Both the position numbers and the translations under genes were made by a program. The notes under the pieces were generated by a model. It was not told the origin of the DNA and ran no database searches. It worked only from the letters and a program-made list of their open reading frames with translations. DNA of 64,000 bases from contig CAVSGP010000004.1 of NCBI GenBank assembly GCA_963727505.1, positions 704,001-768,000 on the forward strand, in the 5' to 3' direction. Position 1 is the stretch's first letter. Each line of letters starts with the position of its first letter. Below are positions 26,704 to 39,095 of the stretch, in pieces. The stretch is from an uncultured Trueperaceae bacterium (GTDB lineage Bacteria > Deinococcota > Deinococci > Deinococcales > Trueperaceae).

Positions 26704-28221
26704 TCAGTGCCGGAAGTGCCGTTCCCCCGTGAGCACCATCGCCAGACCGCGCTCGTTGGCGGCCTCGATCACCTGCTCGTCGCGGATCGAACCTCCCGGC
26801 TGGACCACGACCGCCACCCCCGCATCGGCCGCGGCATCCACCCCGTCACGGAACGGGAAGAACGCGTCGCTCGCGCAGGCGCCGCCGCGCGCCCGGCCCG
26901 CCGCCTTCTTCGCAGCGATCTCGACGGCATCGACGCGGCTCTGTTGGCCCGCCCCCACCGCCACCGCGCTGCCTCCGGCCACGAAGACGATGGCGTTCGA
27001 GGACGTGAAGGCGCACACCCGGTATGCCAACTCCAGGTCGCGCCACTGCTCCTCGGTGGGCTGCGCCTCGGTCACGACCTTCCACGCGCTGCGCTCGATA
27101 CGCACCGGATCGGGCTGCTGCACCAGGAAGCCGCCGTCGATGCGGCGCAGCTCCAGCCCTCGCTGGCCCGGCGGCTGCGCCTCCAGCACCCGCATGTTCT
27201 TGCGCTTGCGGGCGAACAGCTCGAGCGCCTCGGGAGCGTAGCCGCGGGCGATGAGCACGTCGGCCTTGGGATTGGCGACGATGGCCCGGGCGAGCCCTTC
27301 GTCCACTGTGCCTGGCAGCGCCACGACCCCTCCGAAAGCGGACTTCGGATCCGCCTCGAACGCCGCCGCGTAGGCCGCGCTCAGGTCGGCGGCCACCGCC
27401 GCGCCGCAGGGATTGGCGTGCTTGGCGATCACGGCCGCGCGCCCGTCGCCGAGCTCGAAGGCAAGCCGCCAGGCGGCGTCGGCATCGAAGAGGTTGAGGT
27501 AGGACAGCGCCATGCCCGAGTGCTGTACCACCGAGTCCCACCATCCCCGCTGGCCGACCTCGCGATAGCGAGCGCCGTTCTGGTGCGGGTTCTCGCCGTA
27601 GCGCAGGACCTCGGCCCGTTCCAACGCCAGGTTGAGGTGCTCCGGTAACGCCTCGTCGCGCTCCATCCACGCCACGATGGCGGCGTCGTACGCCGCGCTG
27701 TGCGCGAAGGCCTTCCGGGCCAGGGAACGCCGCAGGGCCTGGTCGGGGCCGGCGCGGATCGCGTCGAGCACGGCCTCGTAGTCGTCGGGATCGACCACCA
27801 CCAGTACGGAGGGGTGGTTCTTGGCCGCAGCGCGCAACATGCTGGGACCTCCGATGTCGATGGTCTCCAGCGCCTCCGGCCAGTCGACGCCGGGCCGCGC
27901 AACGGTCTCCCGGAAGGGGTAGAGGTTGACGGCCACGAGGTCGATCGGGGCGATGTCATGCTCGCGCAGCTCGGCCAGGTGCGCCTCGTCGCGCCTCGCA
28001 AGCAACCCGCCGTGGATGCGTGGATGCAGCGTCTTGACGCGGCCGTCGAGGATCTCGGGGAAGCCCGTGACGTCGGCCACGGCAACGGCGGGCACGTCCG
28101 CTTCCCGCAGCGCCTTCAACGTACCTCCGGTCGACACGATGTCGTAACCGAGGTCGTGCAGGCCGCGCGCGAAGCCTGCCAGCCCGCGCTTGTCCGAAAC
28201 GCTCAGGAGAGCTCGGGGCAT
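26704..28221 (-). CDS. purH: Bifunctional AICAR transformylase / IMP cyclohydrolase
   Basis: ALLSVSDK, GRVKTLHP, LRYGENPHQ, KHANPCG, ASDAFFPFRD, RHFRH. Confidence 0.96.
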   Translation of the reverse strand: MPRALLSVSDKRGLAGFARGLHDLGYDIVSTGGTLKALREADVPAVAVADVTGFPEILDGRVKTLHPRIHGGLLARRDEAHLAELREHDIAPIDLVAVNLYPFRETVARPGVDWPEALETIDIGGPSMLRAAAKNHPSVLVVVDPDDYEAVLDAIRAGPDQALRRSLARKAFAHSAAYDAAIVAWMERDEALPEHLNLALERAEVLRYGENPHQNGARYREVGQRGWWDSVVQHSGMALSYLNLFDADAAWRLAFELGDGRAAVIAKHANPCGAAVAADLSAAYAAAFEADPKSAFGGVVALPGTVDEGLARAIVANPKADVLIARGYAPEALELFARKRKNMRVLEAQPPGQRGLELRRIDGGFLVQQPDPVRIERSAWKVVTEAQPTEEQWRDLELAYRVCAFTSSNAIVFVAGGSAVAVGAGQQSRVDAVEIAAKKAAGRARGGACASDAFFPFRDGVDAAADAGVAVVVQPGGSIRDEQVIEAANERGLAMVLTGERHFRH

Positions 28222-28247
28222 GACGGAACCACCTCCAGATGTACGGT

Positions 28248-28275
28248 CGGCGGGCGCTCCGAAGAGCGCCCGCCG
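28248..28275 (-). other. Stable cUUCGg hairpin between the PPIase gene and purH
   Basis: 12-bp stem cggcgggcgctc/gagcgcccgccg with TTCG loop on the minus strand; no U-tract. Confidence 0.6.
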
Positions 28276-28282
28276 TAAGGAA

Positions 28283-30424
28283 CTAGTTGCTGCCGCCGGC
28301 CTGGCCGGAACCGGAGCTCGACGAGCCGTTGGCCGGGCTGCCGCCGTTGGCCGGCGCACTCGAGGACCCGGAGGAGCTGCTGCCCGACGAGGTCCCGTTG
28401 CCGGAGGAACCCGTACCGGAGGAACCCGTGCCCGAGGAACCAGTGCCGGGCGTGCCACCGCTCGAAGACCCCGCCCCCGTGCTCGGCGCACCGCCGTTGG
28501 AGCCGGACGACTGTTGCTGCTGCTGTTGCTGCTGTTGTTGCTGGATCTGCGCCAGGTTGTTCTCGACCTTGATCTGTTTCTTCATCTTGTCGAGCCAGTC
28601 GGTGCGCAATTGTTGCTGCTGGTTCGACAGCACGGCCGCCTGGACCTGATCCTTGACCTCGCTGAAGCTGCGGGTGCGCTGGGGCGTGCGGACGGCCAGC
28701 AACACCACGTAGGTGTCCTTCGTCTTGGGCTGCGACGCGCTGCTGCTCCCCGTCTCGCCACCGGTATTGCCCGATGCGGTGCTCGAGCCGCTCGACGACG
28801 AGCCGTTGGCGCTACCGCTCGAGCTGTTGTTGTTCACCGGCTGCGACAGCACCAGCACGTCCGTGATGCCCTGTTTGCTGTTCGGCACGGAGGTGAAGGC
28901 GTCGGTCTTGAACAGCGCGGTGTCGAGCTCGGTCACAAGGTCGCCCGGCTTCACCGTGCCGAGATCCTTGACGGTGCCGTTGTCGGACTTGGCGGTGGCG
29001 TCGAGCGCCTTGCCCTGCAGAACGGCATTACGGAAGGACTCGGCATCCGCCTTGGTCGTGAAGTCCACGCGCGTCGCCTCGGCCTCCGCCGAGATGGTGA
29101 AGTTCGAGGTGTTGCTGTCGTAGTACTTCTTCATGGCGTCCTGCGTGGCGTTGGCGTCGCGGGACACGTAGTTGAGCGCCGCCTGCGCCACCATCTGACG
29201 GGTGCCGACCAGGTCGAGTTTCAGGGTCTGCGCACCCTGGTACGCCACGTAGGTGTCGACGAGCTGGCCGAGCACCGCCGGCTTGAAGAACTGGGTGACC
29301 AGGCTGGCGCTCTGCGGCGACAGAGCCTGCTGGATCTGCGGGTTGGTGTAAGTGGCACGGTCGAGATCCGCGGCGCTGATGGAGGCGTCACCGACCTTGG
29401 CCACCGTGGGGTTGTCGTAGCTGAGCGAACTCCCCGAGGGGACGCTGACCTTGGCGTCGGCCTTGAGCTGCTCGATCTTCTGCTGCACCACGCCCGTCTG
29501 CTTGGCCTTGACCGCGTCGGCCTTGACCTGGTCCTGGACCTTGTCGAACGCCTTCAGCTCGGCCGGCAGGTACGCCTCGACCTTGACGACGTAGTAGCGA
29601 CCCGCGGCGTTGACGACGTCGGTGATGCCAGGACCCTGCAGCCCGAAGGCCGCGTTGGCTACCGCGGTGGGCAGTGCCGGCTTGCCGACCGGTTGCGGCG
29701 TGCTCTCGCCCTTGGCCGCACCGAGCGCGCCACCGCGGTCGGCCAGCTCTTTGCTGTTGGCCTTGGCGAGCGCGGCGAAGTCGGCGCCGCCGACCGCCTG
29801 CTTCTGGAGCTCGACCGCGAGGGCGGGATCGTCGACCACGATCTCACGCGCCTTGATCTGGGGATCGGTCTGGTAACTGCTGTGGTGGGTGTCGTACCAG
29901 GCCTTCACCTCGGCGTCGGTGACCTTGACGTCCTTGGTGAGCGTGGTCTCCCACTTCTGCTGCCGCAGCGACTCACGCACGTAGTCGCGGAAGGTGGCAT
30001 CGGTGAAGCCGGCGTTGCCGAGGAGGTTGAGGTAGGCCTGATCGTTACCGCGGCCGGCCACCCCACGCGACTTCCGGAAGTCGTCGACCGACTTGTTGAC
30101 CTCGCGGCCGGAGACGTGCTCCTTGGCCGAAGCCTGCGTCAGGACGGCGTTCTGGATCAGGTTGTCGACGAGCAGGAGCTGCAGGTCGTTGGCGACCTCG
30201 CCCTGCGACACGGCGTTGTACAGCGGATTCTGGCGCGCGCGGGCGACCGCGTCCTGGTAGATGGGTTGCCCGTTGACCTGCAGCTCGACCGCGCCGTGGC
30301 TGGCGCCGCCGCCACCGCCGCCGAGGCGACCCAGCGTCGGCGTGAAGGTGATGATCATGCCGAAAAGCAATCCGATGGAGATGATCCACAGGATGATCGT
30401 GTTGGTGCGACGGTTGAACTTCAT
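28283..30424 (-). CDS. SurA/PpiD-like membrane-anchored peptidyl-prolyl isomerase chaperone with poly-Q and Gly/Ser tail
   Basis: N-terminal TM; SurA-N-like region; GADFAALAKANS..ADRGGALG rotamase motif; low-complexity C-terminus. Confidence 0.85.
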   Translation of the reverse strand: MKFNRRTNTIILWIISIGLLFGMIITFTPTLGRLGGGGGGASHGAVELQVNGQPIYQDAVARARQNPLYNAVSQGEVANDLQLLLVDNLIQNAVLTQASAKEHVSGREVNKSVDDFRKSRGVAGRGNDQAYLNLLGNAGFTDATFRDYVRESLRQQKWETTLTKDVKVTDAEVKAWYDTHHSSYQTDPQIKAREIVVDDPALAVELQKQAVGGADFAALAKANSKELADRGGALGAAKGESTPQPVGKPALPTAVANAAFGLQGPGITDVVNAAGRYYVVKVEAYLPAELKAFDKVQDQVKADAVKAKQTGVVQQKIEQLKADAKVSVPSGSSLSYDNPTVAKVGDASISAADLDRATYTNPQIQQALSPQSASLVTQFFKPAVLGQLVDTYVAYQGAQTLKLDLVGTRQMVAQAALNYVSRDANATQDAMKKYYDSNTSNFTISAEAEATRVDFTTKADAESFRNAVLQGKALDATAKSDNGTVKDLGTVKPGDLVTELDTALFKTDAFTSVPNSKQGITDVLVLSQPVNNNSSSGSANGSSSSGSSTASGNTGGETGSSSASQPKTKDTYVVLLAVRTPQRTRSFSEVKDQVQAAVLSNQQQQLRTDWLDKMKKQIKVENNLAQIQQQQQQQQQQQSSGSNGGAPSTGAGSSSGGTPGTGSSGTGSSGTGSSGNGTSSGSSSSGSSSAPANGGSPANGSSSSGSGQAGGSN

Positions 30425-30476
30425 TCCCTTGACTTCCTCCCAGAGCCTCTGATAGCTTTCTTAGTTGACTTCGCGC

Positions 30477-30553
30477 GCGCCCGTAGCTCAGCCGGATAGA
30501 GCGTTCGCCTCCGGAGCGAAAGGTCACAGGTTCGAATCCTGTCGGGCGCACCA
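30477..30553 (+). tRNA. tRNA-Arg(CCG)
   Basis: GCGCCCG...CGGGCGC-ACCA; anticodon arm TTCGC-CTCCGGA-GCGAA; GGTTCGAATCC. Confidence 0.97.
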
Positions 30554-30765
30554 CACGTTCTTCCTCGTGCACAGCAAAATGTCGGCCTTGTGATGCGTTC
30601 GGGGCTCAAAGCAGAGGAAGTGTACCACGGGCTTTCCATGAGAGTTTCTAGTCGGGACACCGCCCGGGAAGCGGCCGCGCCGCCGTCCAGGAGCGGGGCG
30701 CAGCCCTGTCCATCCGCCCGCGTGGCCCGCACGTCGCGACCCATGCGATGGCGCTGCCAGGCGCC

Positions 30766-32085
30766 TCAGAAGAGGCGGCCGGGGTCGAACGGCAGTCCGT
30801 GCAGCAGCGCCTGCGCGGCCGCCACCGGCGCGTCGTAACCGCGCGCCAGCTGCGTCAGGCTGGAACTGGCGGCGACCGTTGGGATGACGCCTCCGTCGAA
30901 CGCGCGCCCGTCGATGCCCTCCATGTTCGCGACCGCCACCATCACCACGCTGCCGTCGGGCAGGGTGAAGCCCTGCACCGCCTCGACGTTGCCGCGGGTG
31001 CGCTCACCCACCACCCGCGCACGACCCAGGTCCTGCAACACCAACGGCCCCACCTCGCCGGCCGAGCTGTTCTCCCGATCGACCAGCACGATCAGCGGAC
31101 CGTCGAAGCGCACCGGCCGCGCCAGCCGGTCCTCCTCCACCACGGTCCCGTCGTCCGCCACCAGGGTCGACACGCCCTCGCCGTCGACGACGGCGTAGCG
31201 CCCCTGCCACACCACGCCGCCGCGGCTCACGGCCAGCGCCCAGGCACCCTCCGTGAAGGCGCCCAGCACCAGGCCGAGCTGACCCAGGCGACCGCCATAG
31301 TTGCCGCGCATGTCCAGGATCAGGGAGCCCGCACCCTGCCGCTCGAGCTCCCCCAGAAGCTGGTGGAAACGCGTGCCGGTGGTCTGCAGGTTGAGGCTGG
31401 GGAGATAGATGTAGCCGGTGGTGGCGTCCAGCATCCGACCTGTCGGCTGCTCGGACAGCGTGCGGCGGGCCAGCAGTGCCGGGTGCAGGATGCGATCGAA
31501 CACCTGGCGGCCGCGCCGCGTGCCGATCGACACGTCGCCCGCCTGCACCGCGCGGCGCAGCACCGCCCCTGCGTCCCAGCGGGCAGTGCCGTCCAGCGTC
31601 TCGCTACCCACCCGCGTGATGACGTCCCCGCGCAGCACGCCGGCGCCGGCCGCCGGCGACCCGGGCAGCACCCGGGTGACGACCAGGCCCACGCCCTGCA
31701 GGTAGGCAGTCTCGACACCGATGGTGGGGGTCTCCTGCGGCGCGGTCGCGCCGCCTCCGTACGAGGCCAGCCCCAGCCAGCTCGAATGGTCGTCGTGCAC
31801 GGCATCGACCATCTGCCGCATGACGCTGTCGAAGGTGGCGCGCGAGCCGGCGTCGACCACCTCCGAGCGATAGCGCGCGGCCCACGCCTGCCAGTCCATC
31901 CAGCCGGGATCCCAGTAGCGGTCCCGGAAGACATCGACCAGGGCCTGGAACACCCGGTCCCGCCCCTGGCTCGACGCCCACAGCGGACCGGACGCAAACG
32001 CCGGCGCCGCGAGCACCAACGCGGTCACCAGCGCCGTGACGAGCCGGACGACTCGACGGCCCCACGACCGCCGGGTTCCGGCCAT
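30766..32085 (-). CDS. S41 family C-terminal-processing peptidase with PDZ domain
   Basis: PGSPAAGAG..RGD PDZ, ILDMRGNYGG, NSSAGE, VVGERTRG; signal peptide. Confidence 0.85.
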   Translation of the reverse strand: MAGTRRSWGRRVVRLVTALVTALVLAAPAFASGPLWASSQGRDRVFQALVDVFRDRYWDPGWMDWQAWAARYRSEVVDAGSRATFDSVMRQMVDAVHDDHSSWLGLASYGGGATAPQETPTIGVETAYLQGVGLVVTRVLPGSPAAGAGVLRGDVITRVGSETLDGTARWDAGAVLRRAVQAGDVSIGTRRGRQVFDRILHPALLARRTLSEQPTGRMLDATTGYIYLPSLNLQTTGTRFHQLLGELERQGAGSLILDMRGNYGGRLGQLGLVLGAFTEGAWALAVSRGGVVWQGRYAVVDGEGVSTLVADDGTVVEEDRLARPVRFDGPLIVLVDRENSSAGEVGPLVLQDLGRARVVGERTRGNVEAVQGFTLPDGSVVMVAVANMEGIDGRAFDGGVIPTVAASSSLTQLARGYDAPVAAAQALLHGLPFDPGRLF

Positions 32086-32239
32086 CACCGCTCCACCATC
32101 AGCCCCACCGAACCATGTGCCAGCGTAGGCGAGCGGCGCCGGCGGGTTGGTGAGCGGTTGCACGCTCTCGCACCGTCGCGCCGCGATAGCGGGCGCCGTC
32201 CGTGCCCGGCGCCTGCGCCCCGCCGCGCCCCGAACGCCT

Positions 32240-32767
32240 TCACCACACGGGCAGATCGGGGTGGTCGGCGCGGCGCCACGGGCTGGGGATCTCGATCCCT
32301 TCGCCCGCGAACACCGTCACCCGCCGACCTTCGATCTCGAGCACGACACCCTTCACCTGCTCGGGCCGGGTGAGGGTGTAGAAGAGCTGGTTGAGGCGTC
32401 CGACCATCATGGCGCTGCCGCCTCCACGCTCGAAGGAGGCGGTCAGGTCGATGGTGAGCGTGCCGCCGGAGAGCTTCGCGTCCAGCACCTGCGTGTCGGC
32501 GGGCACGGCGCTGCTGAGCCCCCGGGCCGCCTCGTCCGGGCTCGGGCCCGCCGCCAGTGCGGCGACGGCGCTCGCGGCCCGGGACGTGGCGTCGCCGCGG
32601 CCCGCCCGCCGGTAGGCCGGCGCCAGCTGGAAGCTCGTGCCGTCGGAGGTGATGAAGTAGACGACCGTGTCGGGCAGGCGTTGCAGCGTGCGTACGGTGA
32701 TGACGGCGACCAGCGCCAACAGGAGCAGCAGCGCCAACGCCACGACGCGCAGCACCACCGTACGCAC
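32240..32767 (-). CDS. GerMN-domain protein
   Basis: ALAAGPS.DE..GLSSAVP, IDLT..F..GGGS, QLFYTLT; N-terminal TM. Confidence 0.85.
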   Translation of the reverse strand: MRTVVLRVVALALLLLLALVAVITVRTLQRLPDTVVYFITSDGTSFQLAPAYRRAGRGDATSRAASAVAALAAGPSPDEAARGLSSAVPADTQVLDAKLSGGTLTIDLTASFERGGGSAMMVGRLNQLFYTLTRPEQVKGVVLEIEGRRVTVFAGEGIEIPSPWRRADHPDLPVW

Positions 32768-32771
32768 GCGA

Positions 32772-34478
<1,707 letters not shown>

Positions 34479-34509
34479 GCCCTGCTCCTGCCTTCTGCGC
34501 CGAACGGGG

Positions 34510-35955
34510 TCACTGCCCCGCCAGGCGCCTGGATTCCCGTTCGAAGTACGCGTAGTTCTGGTCGTCGGGCTTCAGCTTCAGAGCATGGGCGAAGGCGTCG
34601 GCCGCATCGGCATAGCGCCGCTGCTGGAAGTAGAGGCGACCGAGCGTGCCCCAGGCCGCCGGGAAGTCCGGGTTGGCCTTGGTGGCGGCCACGAGATCCT
34701 TCTCGGCGGCGTCGAACTGCCCCGACTGGTACTCCTGCACGCCCGCGACGAACGCCTTGCCGGCGTCGGCCCCGTAGTTGAGCTGCTGCTTGGCCTGGTC
34801 GAGGAAGTACTTGGCACGGCTGTCATCAGGGGAGCGCTGCAGCACCGCTTGCCAGTAGAGGACGGCGTCGCCGTAATTCCCGAGCTCCTGGCTGGTACGC
34901 GCGGCCCACACCCAGGCCTCGAGGTAGGCGTCGTTGGCCCGCAACGCCTTGACGAAAGCGTCGTTGGCGGCCTGGACCTGCCCCTTCTGGTAGAGCGACT
35001 GCCCGTCGTAGAAGGCCTTGCCTGCGTCCACGCCCCAGGTCGCCTCGGCCTGCGCGAGCTGGAGGAAGTAGGCGGCTCCCTGGTCGTTGGGGCGCGCCCC
35101 GGTGACCTGCTTCCAGTAGCCCACCGCGGTCTCCGGTCGCCCCAGGTCGAGGGCGGTCCGGCCGGCCCACACCGCAGCCTCGGTGAAGTCGGGGTTGGTG
35201 GAGAGCGCCTGCTCGAAGGCGCTCAGGGCCTGCTGTTTGTTGCCCTTGTCGTACAGGTCGAGGCCGCGCTGGTAGGCGTCGCTGGCGTTCACGCCCATGC
35301 TCACCTGCTGCTGCGTGCGTTGCAGATAGTAGCGGGCGGCCTGGTCATCGGGCTTCACGTCCACCAGTGCCTGCCAGAAGGGCAGGGCCTGGTTGGGATC
35401 GCCCTGTTCGTAGTAGATCCTTCCCAACCAGCGCAGCGCCAGCGGGTCGTCGGGAAGAACCTCGTGCACCTTTTGGTAGTACTGCAGCGCGGCCTGCTTG
35501 TCGCCGGCTTGATAGCGCAGGAAGCCGAGTTGCGTGCCCGCCTCCTCGAACATCGCGGTGTTGCTCGGGGCACCGGCCGCCAGCCCGCTCATGTCGCCCA
35601 GCGAACCGCCGTCGTTCAGGAAGGCGAGCCACATGTTGTACGCGCGCACGTACCAGTTGAGCGTGCTGTAGGTGCGGGCCAGGAACCGCTCGATGCCGGT
35701 GTCGTGGGGCGAGGCTTGCAGCGCCTGCTCCCCCAGCCGCCAGGCCTGGCTCCAGCGCGACTGGTCGGGGTGTGGCGGCTCGTTCTGGGCGACCGCCTGC
35801 TGCTGCGCCTGCTGGGCCTGCGTGAAGAGCTGTTCGGCATTGGGCGGCCGCTGGGCGAACGCGGCCGCCAGCAGACCGAGCGCAAGGACGGCGGTGAGCA
35901 GCGCGTCGACGCGCGTACGCTTGCCCTGCGTCATTTCGATCGTGCGGTGAGCCAT
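34510..35955 (-). CDS. Secreted tetratricopeptide-repeat protein
   Basis: Signal peptide; repeated W.GR....LG....A..YW..V....P.D TPR units. Confidence 0.88.
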   Translation of the reverse strand: MAHRTIEMTQGKRTRVDALLTAVLALGLLAAAFAQRPPNAEQLFTQAQQAQQQAVAQNEPPHPDQSRWSQAWRLGEQALQASPHDTGIERFLARTYSTLNWYVRAYNMWLAFLNDGGSLGDMSGLAAGAPSNTAMFEEAGTQLGFLRYQAGDKQAALQYYQKVHEVLPDDPLALRWLGRIYYEQGDPNQALPFWQALVDVKPDDQAARYYLQRTQQQVSMGVNASDAYQRGLDLYDKGNKQQALSAFEQALSTNPDFTEAAVWAGRTALDLGRPETAVGYWKQVTGARPNDQGAAYFLQLAQAEATWGVDAGKAFYDGQSLYQKGQVQAANDAFVKALRANDAYLEAWVWAARTSQELGNYGDAVLYWQAVLQRSPDDSRAKYFLDQAKQQLNYGADAGKAFVAGVQEYQSGQFDAAEKDLVAATKANPDFPAAWGTLGRLYFQQRRYADAADAFAHALKLKPDDQNYAYFERESRRLAGQ

Positions 35956-36413
35956 ACGACCTCCTGTGACGTTCGAATCACGTACAGCAGGCGTTCTCCG
36001 TCGTTCCCCTGGAAGACGATGTGGGTGCGGCTCTCGGGACCGACCGTAGTCTCGGTGCGTCCCGACTGGAAGTAGCCATCGACAGCGAACGCCGTCTCGA
36101 TGTTGTGGACGTAACCGGCCTGCAATGTCTTGAGGAGACCGGTGGCCTCATAGACTTCCCAGTCCGTCCATTGGTCCCGGTCGGGCACGCGTGCGATGAC
36201 CGCTTCCGTGCCCTTCCCGACGGCCCGCAAGGTGCCACGGGGCAGGTGCAGCGACGGGTCGAACTGCGCGGAGATCGCGGTGCTCACCATGACATCGGCC
36301 AGCAGCTGGGCGTGCGCCAGCGGCGTCAGCGCGCCGGCCGCACACAGCACCACGAGGGCGAGCGTGCGCCCGAGAACACCGTGCGGGGGACGTACATGCC
36401 GGAGGACCATCAC
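35931..36413 (-). CDS. Hypothetical secreted protein
   Basis: Signal peptide ending AHA; GTG lies 6 nt after TAGACT. Confidence 0.65.
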   Translation of the reverse strand: MMVLRHVRPPHGVLGRTLALVVLCAAGALTPLAHAQLLADVMVSTAISAQFDPSLHLPRGTLRAVGKGTEAVIARVPDRDQWTDWEVYEATGLLKTLQAGYVHNIETAFAVDGYFQSGRTETTVGPESRTHIVFQGNDGERLLYVIRTSQEVVWLTARSK

Positions 36414-36544
36414 GTGCCGAGTCTACCACCGGTGCTTGAAGGCGCCATGAAGCCGTTGGCAGCCCGGGAAACCGCACGAGCGCTCGCCGCCGGGTAGCGC
36501 TGCCGCCCCGGGCGCCTGCAGAAGGCACGGTAGAATGCGGGTCC

Positions 36545-37858
36545 ATGTTCCAGAGTCTCGGCGATCGACTGCAAAGCGTGTTCGACGGCCTGCGCGGCAG
36601 AGGCCGCCTGAGCGAGGCCGACGTCAAGGCGGCGCTGCGCGAGGTGCGCATCGCCCTGCTCGAGGCCGACGTCAACCTCGAGGTCGCCCGCGACTTCACC
36701 AGGCGGGTGCAGGAGAAGGCCATCGGCTCCGAAACGCTGATGTCCCTCAACCCCGATCAACGCGTGATCGCCATCGTCCAGGAGGAGCTGGTGGAGGTGC
36801 TCGGCGGCAAGGCCGTGCAGCCCACCCTCGCCAACGATCGCAACGTCTGGATGCTCATGGGGCTGCAGGGGGCCGGCAAGACCACCACCGCCGGCAAGCT
36901 CGCTTACAAGTACAAAGGGCAGGGTCGACGGCCCTTGCTGGTGGCCGCCGACACCCAGCGCCCCGCCGCGCGCGAGCAGCTCAAGGTGCTCGGCAAACAG
37001 ATCGGTGTGCCGGTCTTCGAGGTACAGGACGACGAGTCGCCGGAGAGCATCGCGCGGCGTCTGGACGCCCACCTACGGCAGGACTACCGCGATCTGGTCA
37101 TCGTCGACACGGCCGGCCGCCTGCAGATCGACGAGGCCCTGATGGAGCAGCTCGCGCAGCTCCGCGAGCACATCGGTCCGAGCGAGCGCATCCTGGTCGT
37201 CGACGCCATGACCGGGCAGCAGTCGCTGCCGGTCGCCAACACCTTCGACGAGCGTGTCGGCGTCACCGGCCTGGTGATGACCAAGCTCGACGGCGACGCC
37301 CGCGGCGGTGCCGCGCTGTCGGCGCGGCACGTGACCGGCAAGCCCATCTACTTCGCCGGCATGAGCGAGAAGATCGACGGCCTGGAGCCCTTCCACCCCG
37401 ACCGCATCGCCGGCCGCATCCTGGGGATGGGGGACGTGCTCACCCTCATCGAGAAGGCCAGGTCGCTGGAGGGCGACGACGAGGAGCTGGAGTCGAAGAA
37501 ACTCTCCGACTTCAGCCTGCAGGACATGCTCACGCAGATGCGTCGGATCAAGCAGATGGGGTCGATCAGCGACGTGCTGAAGATGATCCCGGGGGCGTCG
37601 AAGATGCTGCCGGCGGAGGGGGTCGACGAGCGCGAGATCCTGCGGGTCGAAGCGATCATCTCCAGCATGACCGAGGAGGAGCGCCGCAAGCCCCGCCTGC
37701 TCAACGCCAGCCGCCGCAAGCGCATCGCCCGTGGCTCGGGAACGACGGTGCAGGACGTGAACCGCCTGATGCGCAACTACGAGGAGATGCGCAAGATGAT
37801 GAAGCGCATGGGCCGCCGGCCGCCGGGCAAGCGCATGCCCCCGGGCTTCCGCGGCTGA
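36545..37858 (+). CDS. ffh: Signal recognition particle protein
   Basis: [24 protein letters not shown], Met-rich M domain with [11 protein letters not shown]. Confidence 0.97.
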   Translation: MFQSLGDRLQSVFDGLRGRGRLSEADVKAALREVRIALLEADVNLEVARDFTRRVQEKAIGSETLMSLNPDQRVIAIVQEELVEVLGGKAVQPTLANDRNVWMLMGLQGAGKTTTAGKLAYKYKGQGRRPLLVAADTQRPAAREQLKVLGKQIGVPVFEVQDDESPESIARRLDAHLRQDYRDLVIVDTAGRLQIDEALMEQLAQLREHIGPSERILVVDAMTGQQSLPVANTFDERVGVTGLVMTKLDGDARGGAALSARHVTGKPIYFAGMSEKIDGLEPFHPDRIAGRILGMGDVLTLIEKARSLEGDDEELESKKLSDFSLQDMLTQMRRIKQMGSISDVLKMIPGASKMLPAEGVDEREILRVEAIISSMTEEERRKPRLLNASRRKRIARGSGTTVQDVNRLMRNYEEMRKMMKRMGRRPPGKRMPPGFRG

Positions 37859-37967
37859 CAGCGTGCGGCTCGAGCCGCACGCTTTGCGTCGACGCCGGGG
37901 AACCGTGTAGACTGGAACACTGCGACGGCTGCGGCGAAGGGCCGCCGGCCCGACCGACGGAGGAAGC

Positions 37968-38270
37968 ATGGTCAAGATCCGCCTGACGCGCATGGGCTCC
38001 AAGCGCAATCCCCACTACCGGATGGTGGTGGTGGACGCGCGCAAGAAGCGCAGCGCCGACTACATCGAACAGATCGGCTACTACGATCCTCGCGAGACGA
38101 CCGACAACGCCTTGCGGGTCGAAGCCGAACGGGCCGCCCACTGGCTCGAGCAGGGCGCCCAGCCCACCGACACGGTGGTCCGGCTGCTGGAGAAGGCCGG
38201 CGTGAGCGTGCCGGGCGTGCAGGCCAAGAAGCGGGCCGACTACGTCCGCCGCACGGAAGCCCGGGCCTAG
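37968..38270 (+). CDS. rpsP: 30S ribosomal protein S16
   Basis: [18 protein letters not shown]...GAQPTDTV. Confidence 0.97.
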   Translation: MVKIRLTRMGSKRNPHYRMVVVDARKKRSADYIEQIGYYDPRETTDNALRVEAERAAHWLEQGAQPTDTVVRLLEKAGVSVPGVQAKKRADYVRRTEARA

Positions 38271-38294
38271 GCCGGGCCTAGGCGAGGCGCGCGT

Positions 38295-38525
38295 ATGCCG
38301 CTCGAGCTCGTCACCTTCATCGTCCAGAACCTCGTCGCCGATACCGAGCAGCTCGGCATCACGGCGCAGCGCAGCGACAAGGGTCTGCGCATCGAGATCC
38401 GTTGCGCGCCCGACGATGCCGGGCGGGTGATCGGTCGTGGTGGCCGCATCATCAACGCCATCCGCACGCTGGCGCGAGCCGCCGCCGACGGCCGCCAGCG
38501 CGTCGAGGTCCAGCTGATCGACTAG
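38295..38525 (+). CDS. khpA: KH-domain RNA-binding protein
   Basis: DAGRVIGRGGRIINAIRT; located between rpsP and rimM. Confidence 0.9.
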   Translation: MPLELVTFIVQNLVADTEQLGITAQRSDKGLRIEIRCAPDDAGRVIGRGGRIINAIRTLARAAADGRQRVEVQLID

Positions 38526-38560
38526 GGCGCGAGGCTCATTGCCTGCCCGGGAGAGGGCGC

Positions 38561-39085
38561 GTGCCCGGAGATCCCACTGCCACCATCCCACCCGAAGGCC
38601 ACGTGAAGATCGGCCTTCTCGGGCGGGTATTCCAGCTCGAAGGCGGGATCCGCCTCCACTCGACGGCCTCGGTAGGGCCGCTCGCGCTCGACCAGGTCGA
38701 GCGCGTGTTCGTGGTCGGCTTCGGGCCGGCGTCGCTCCGCAAGGTCCGGCACGTAGGCGGCGGCCTGGTGCTCTACCTGCAAGGGGTACGCGACCGTGAG
38801 GCGGCCCAGCGGCTCACGGGCGCGGAGGTGTTCGTGCTGTCTTCCGCCCTGCCCGAAGACACTGCCGAGGACCCGGCCATGGCGCTGGAGGGCGCCGACG
38901 TCCATTGCGAAGGGCGCGTCGTAGGTCGCGTCCGCGAGGTCCGCTCCGACAGCAGCAACCCCCTGCTGGTGATCGCCACCCCGGCCGGCGAGGTGCTGGT
39001 ACCGCTCGCCGCTCCCTACGTGGTGGCGCGCTCGGAGGGCATCGAGCTGGTGGATCCTCCCGAGGGACTGCTGGACCCCGCGTGA
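38561..39085 (+). CDS. rimM: 16S rRNA processing protein RimM
   Basis: IGLLGRVFQLEG, RDREAAQRLTG, LVP...PPEGLL; operon position. Confidence 0.88.
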   Translation: MPGDPTATIPPEGHVKIGLLGRVFQLEGGIRLHSTASVGPLALDQVERVFVVGFGPASLRKVRHVGGGLVLYLQGVRDREAAQRLTGAEVFVLSSALPEDTAEDPAMALEGADVHCEGRVVGRVREVRSDSSNPLLVIATPAGEVLVPLAAPYVVARSEGIELVDPPEGLLDPA

Positions 39086-39095
39086 AGGTCGCCGC

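Noticed and set aside
28222..28282. ZTP (pfl) riboswitch upstream of purH
   Set aside because: The spacer is only about 60 nt and holds a single UUCG hairpin with no ZTP consensus
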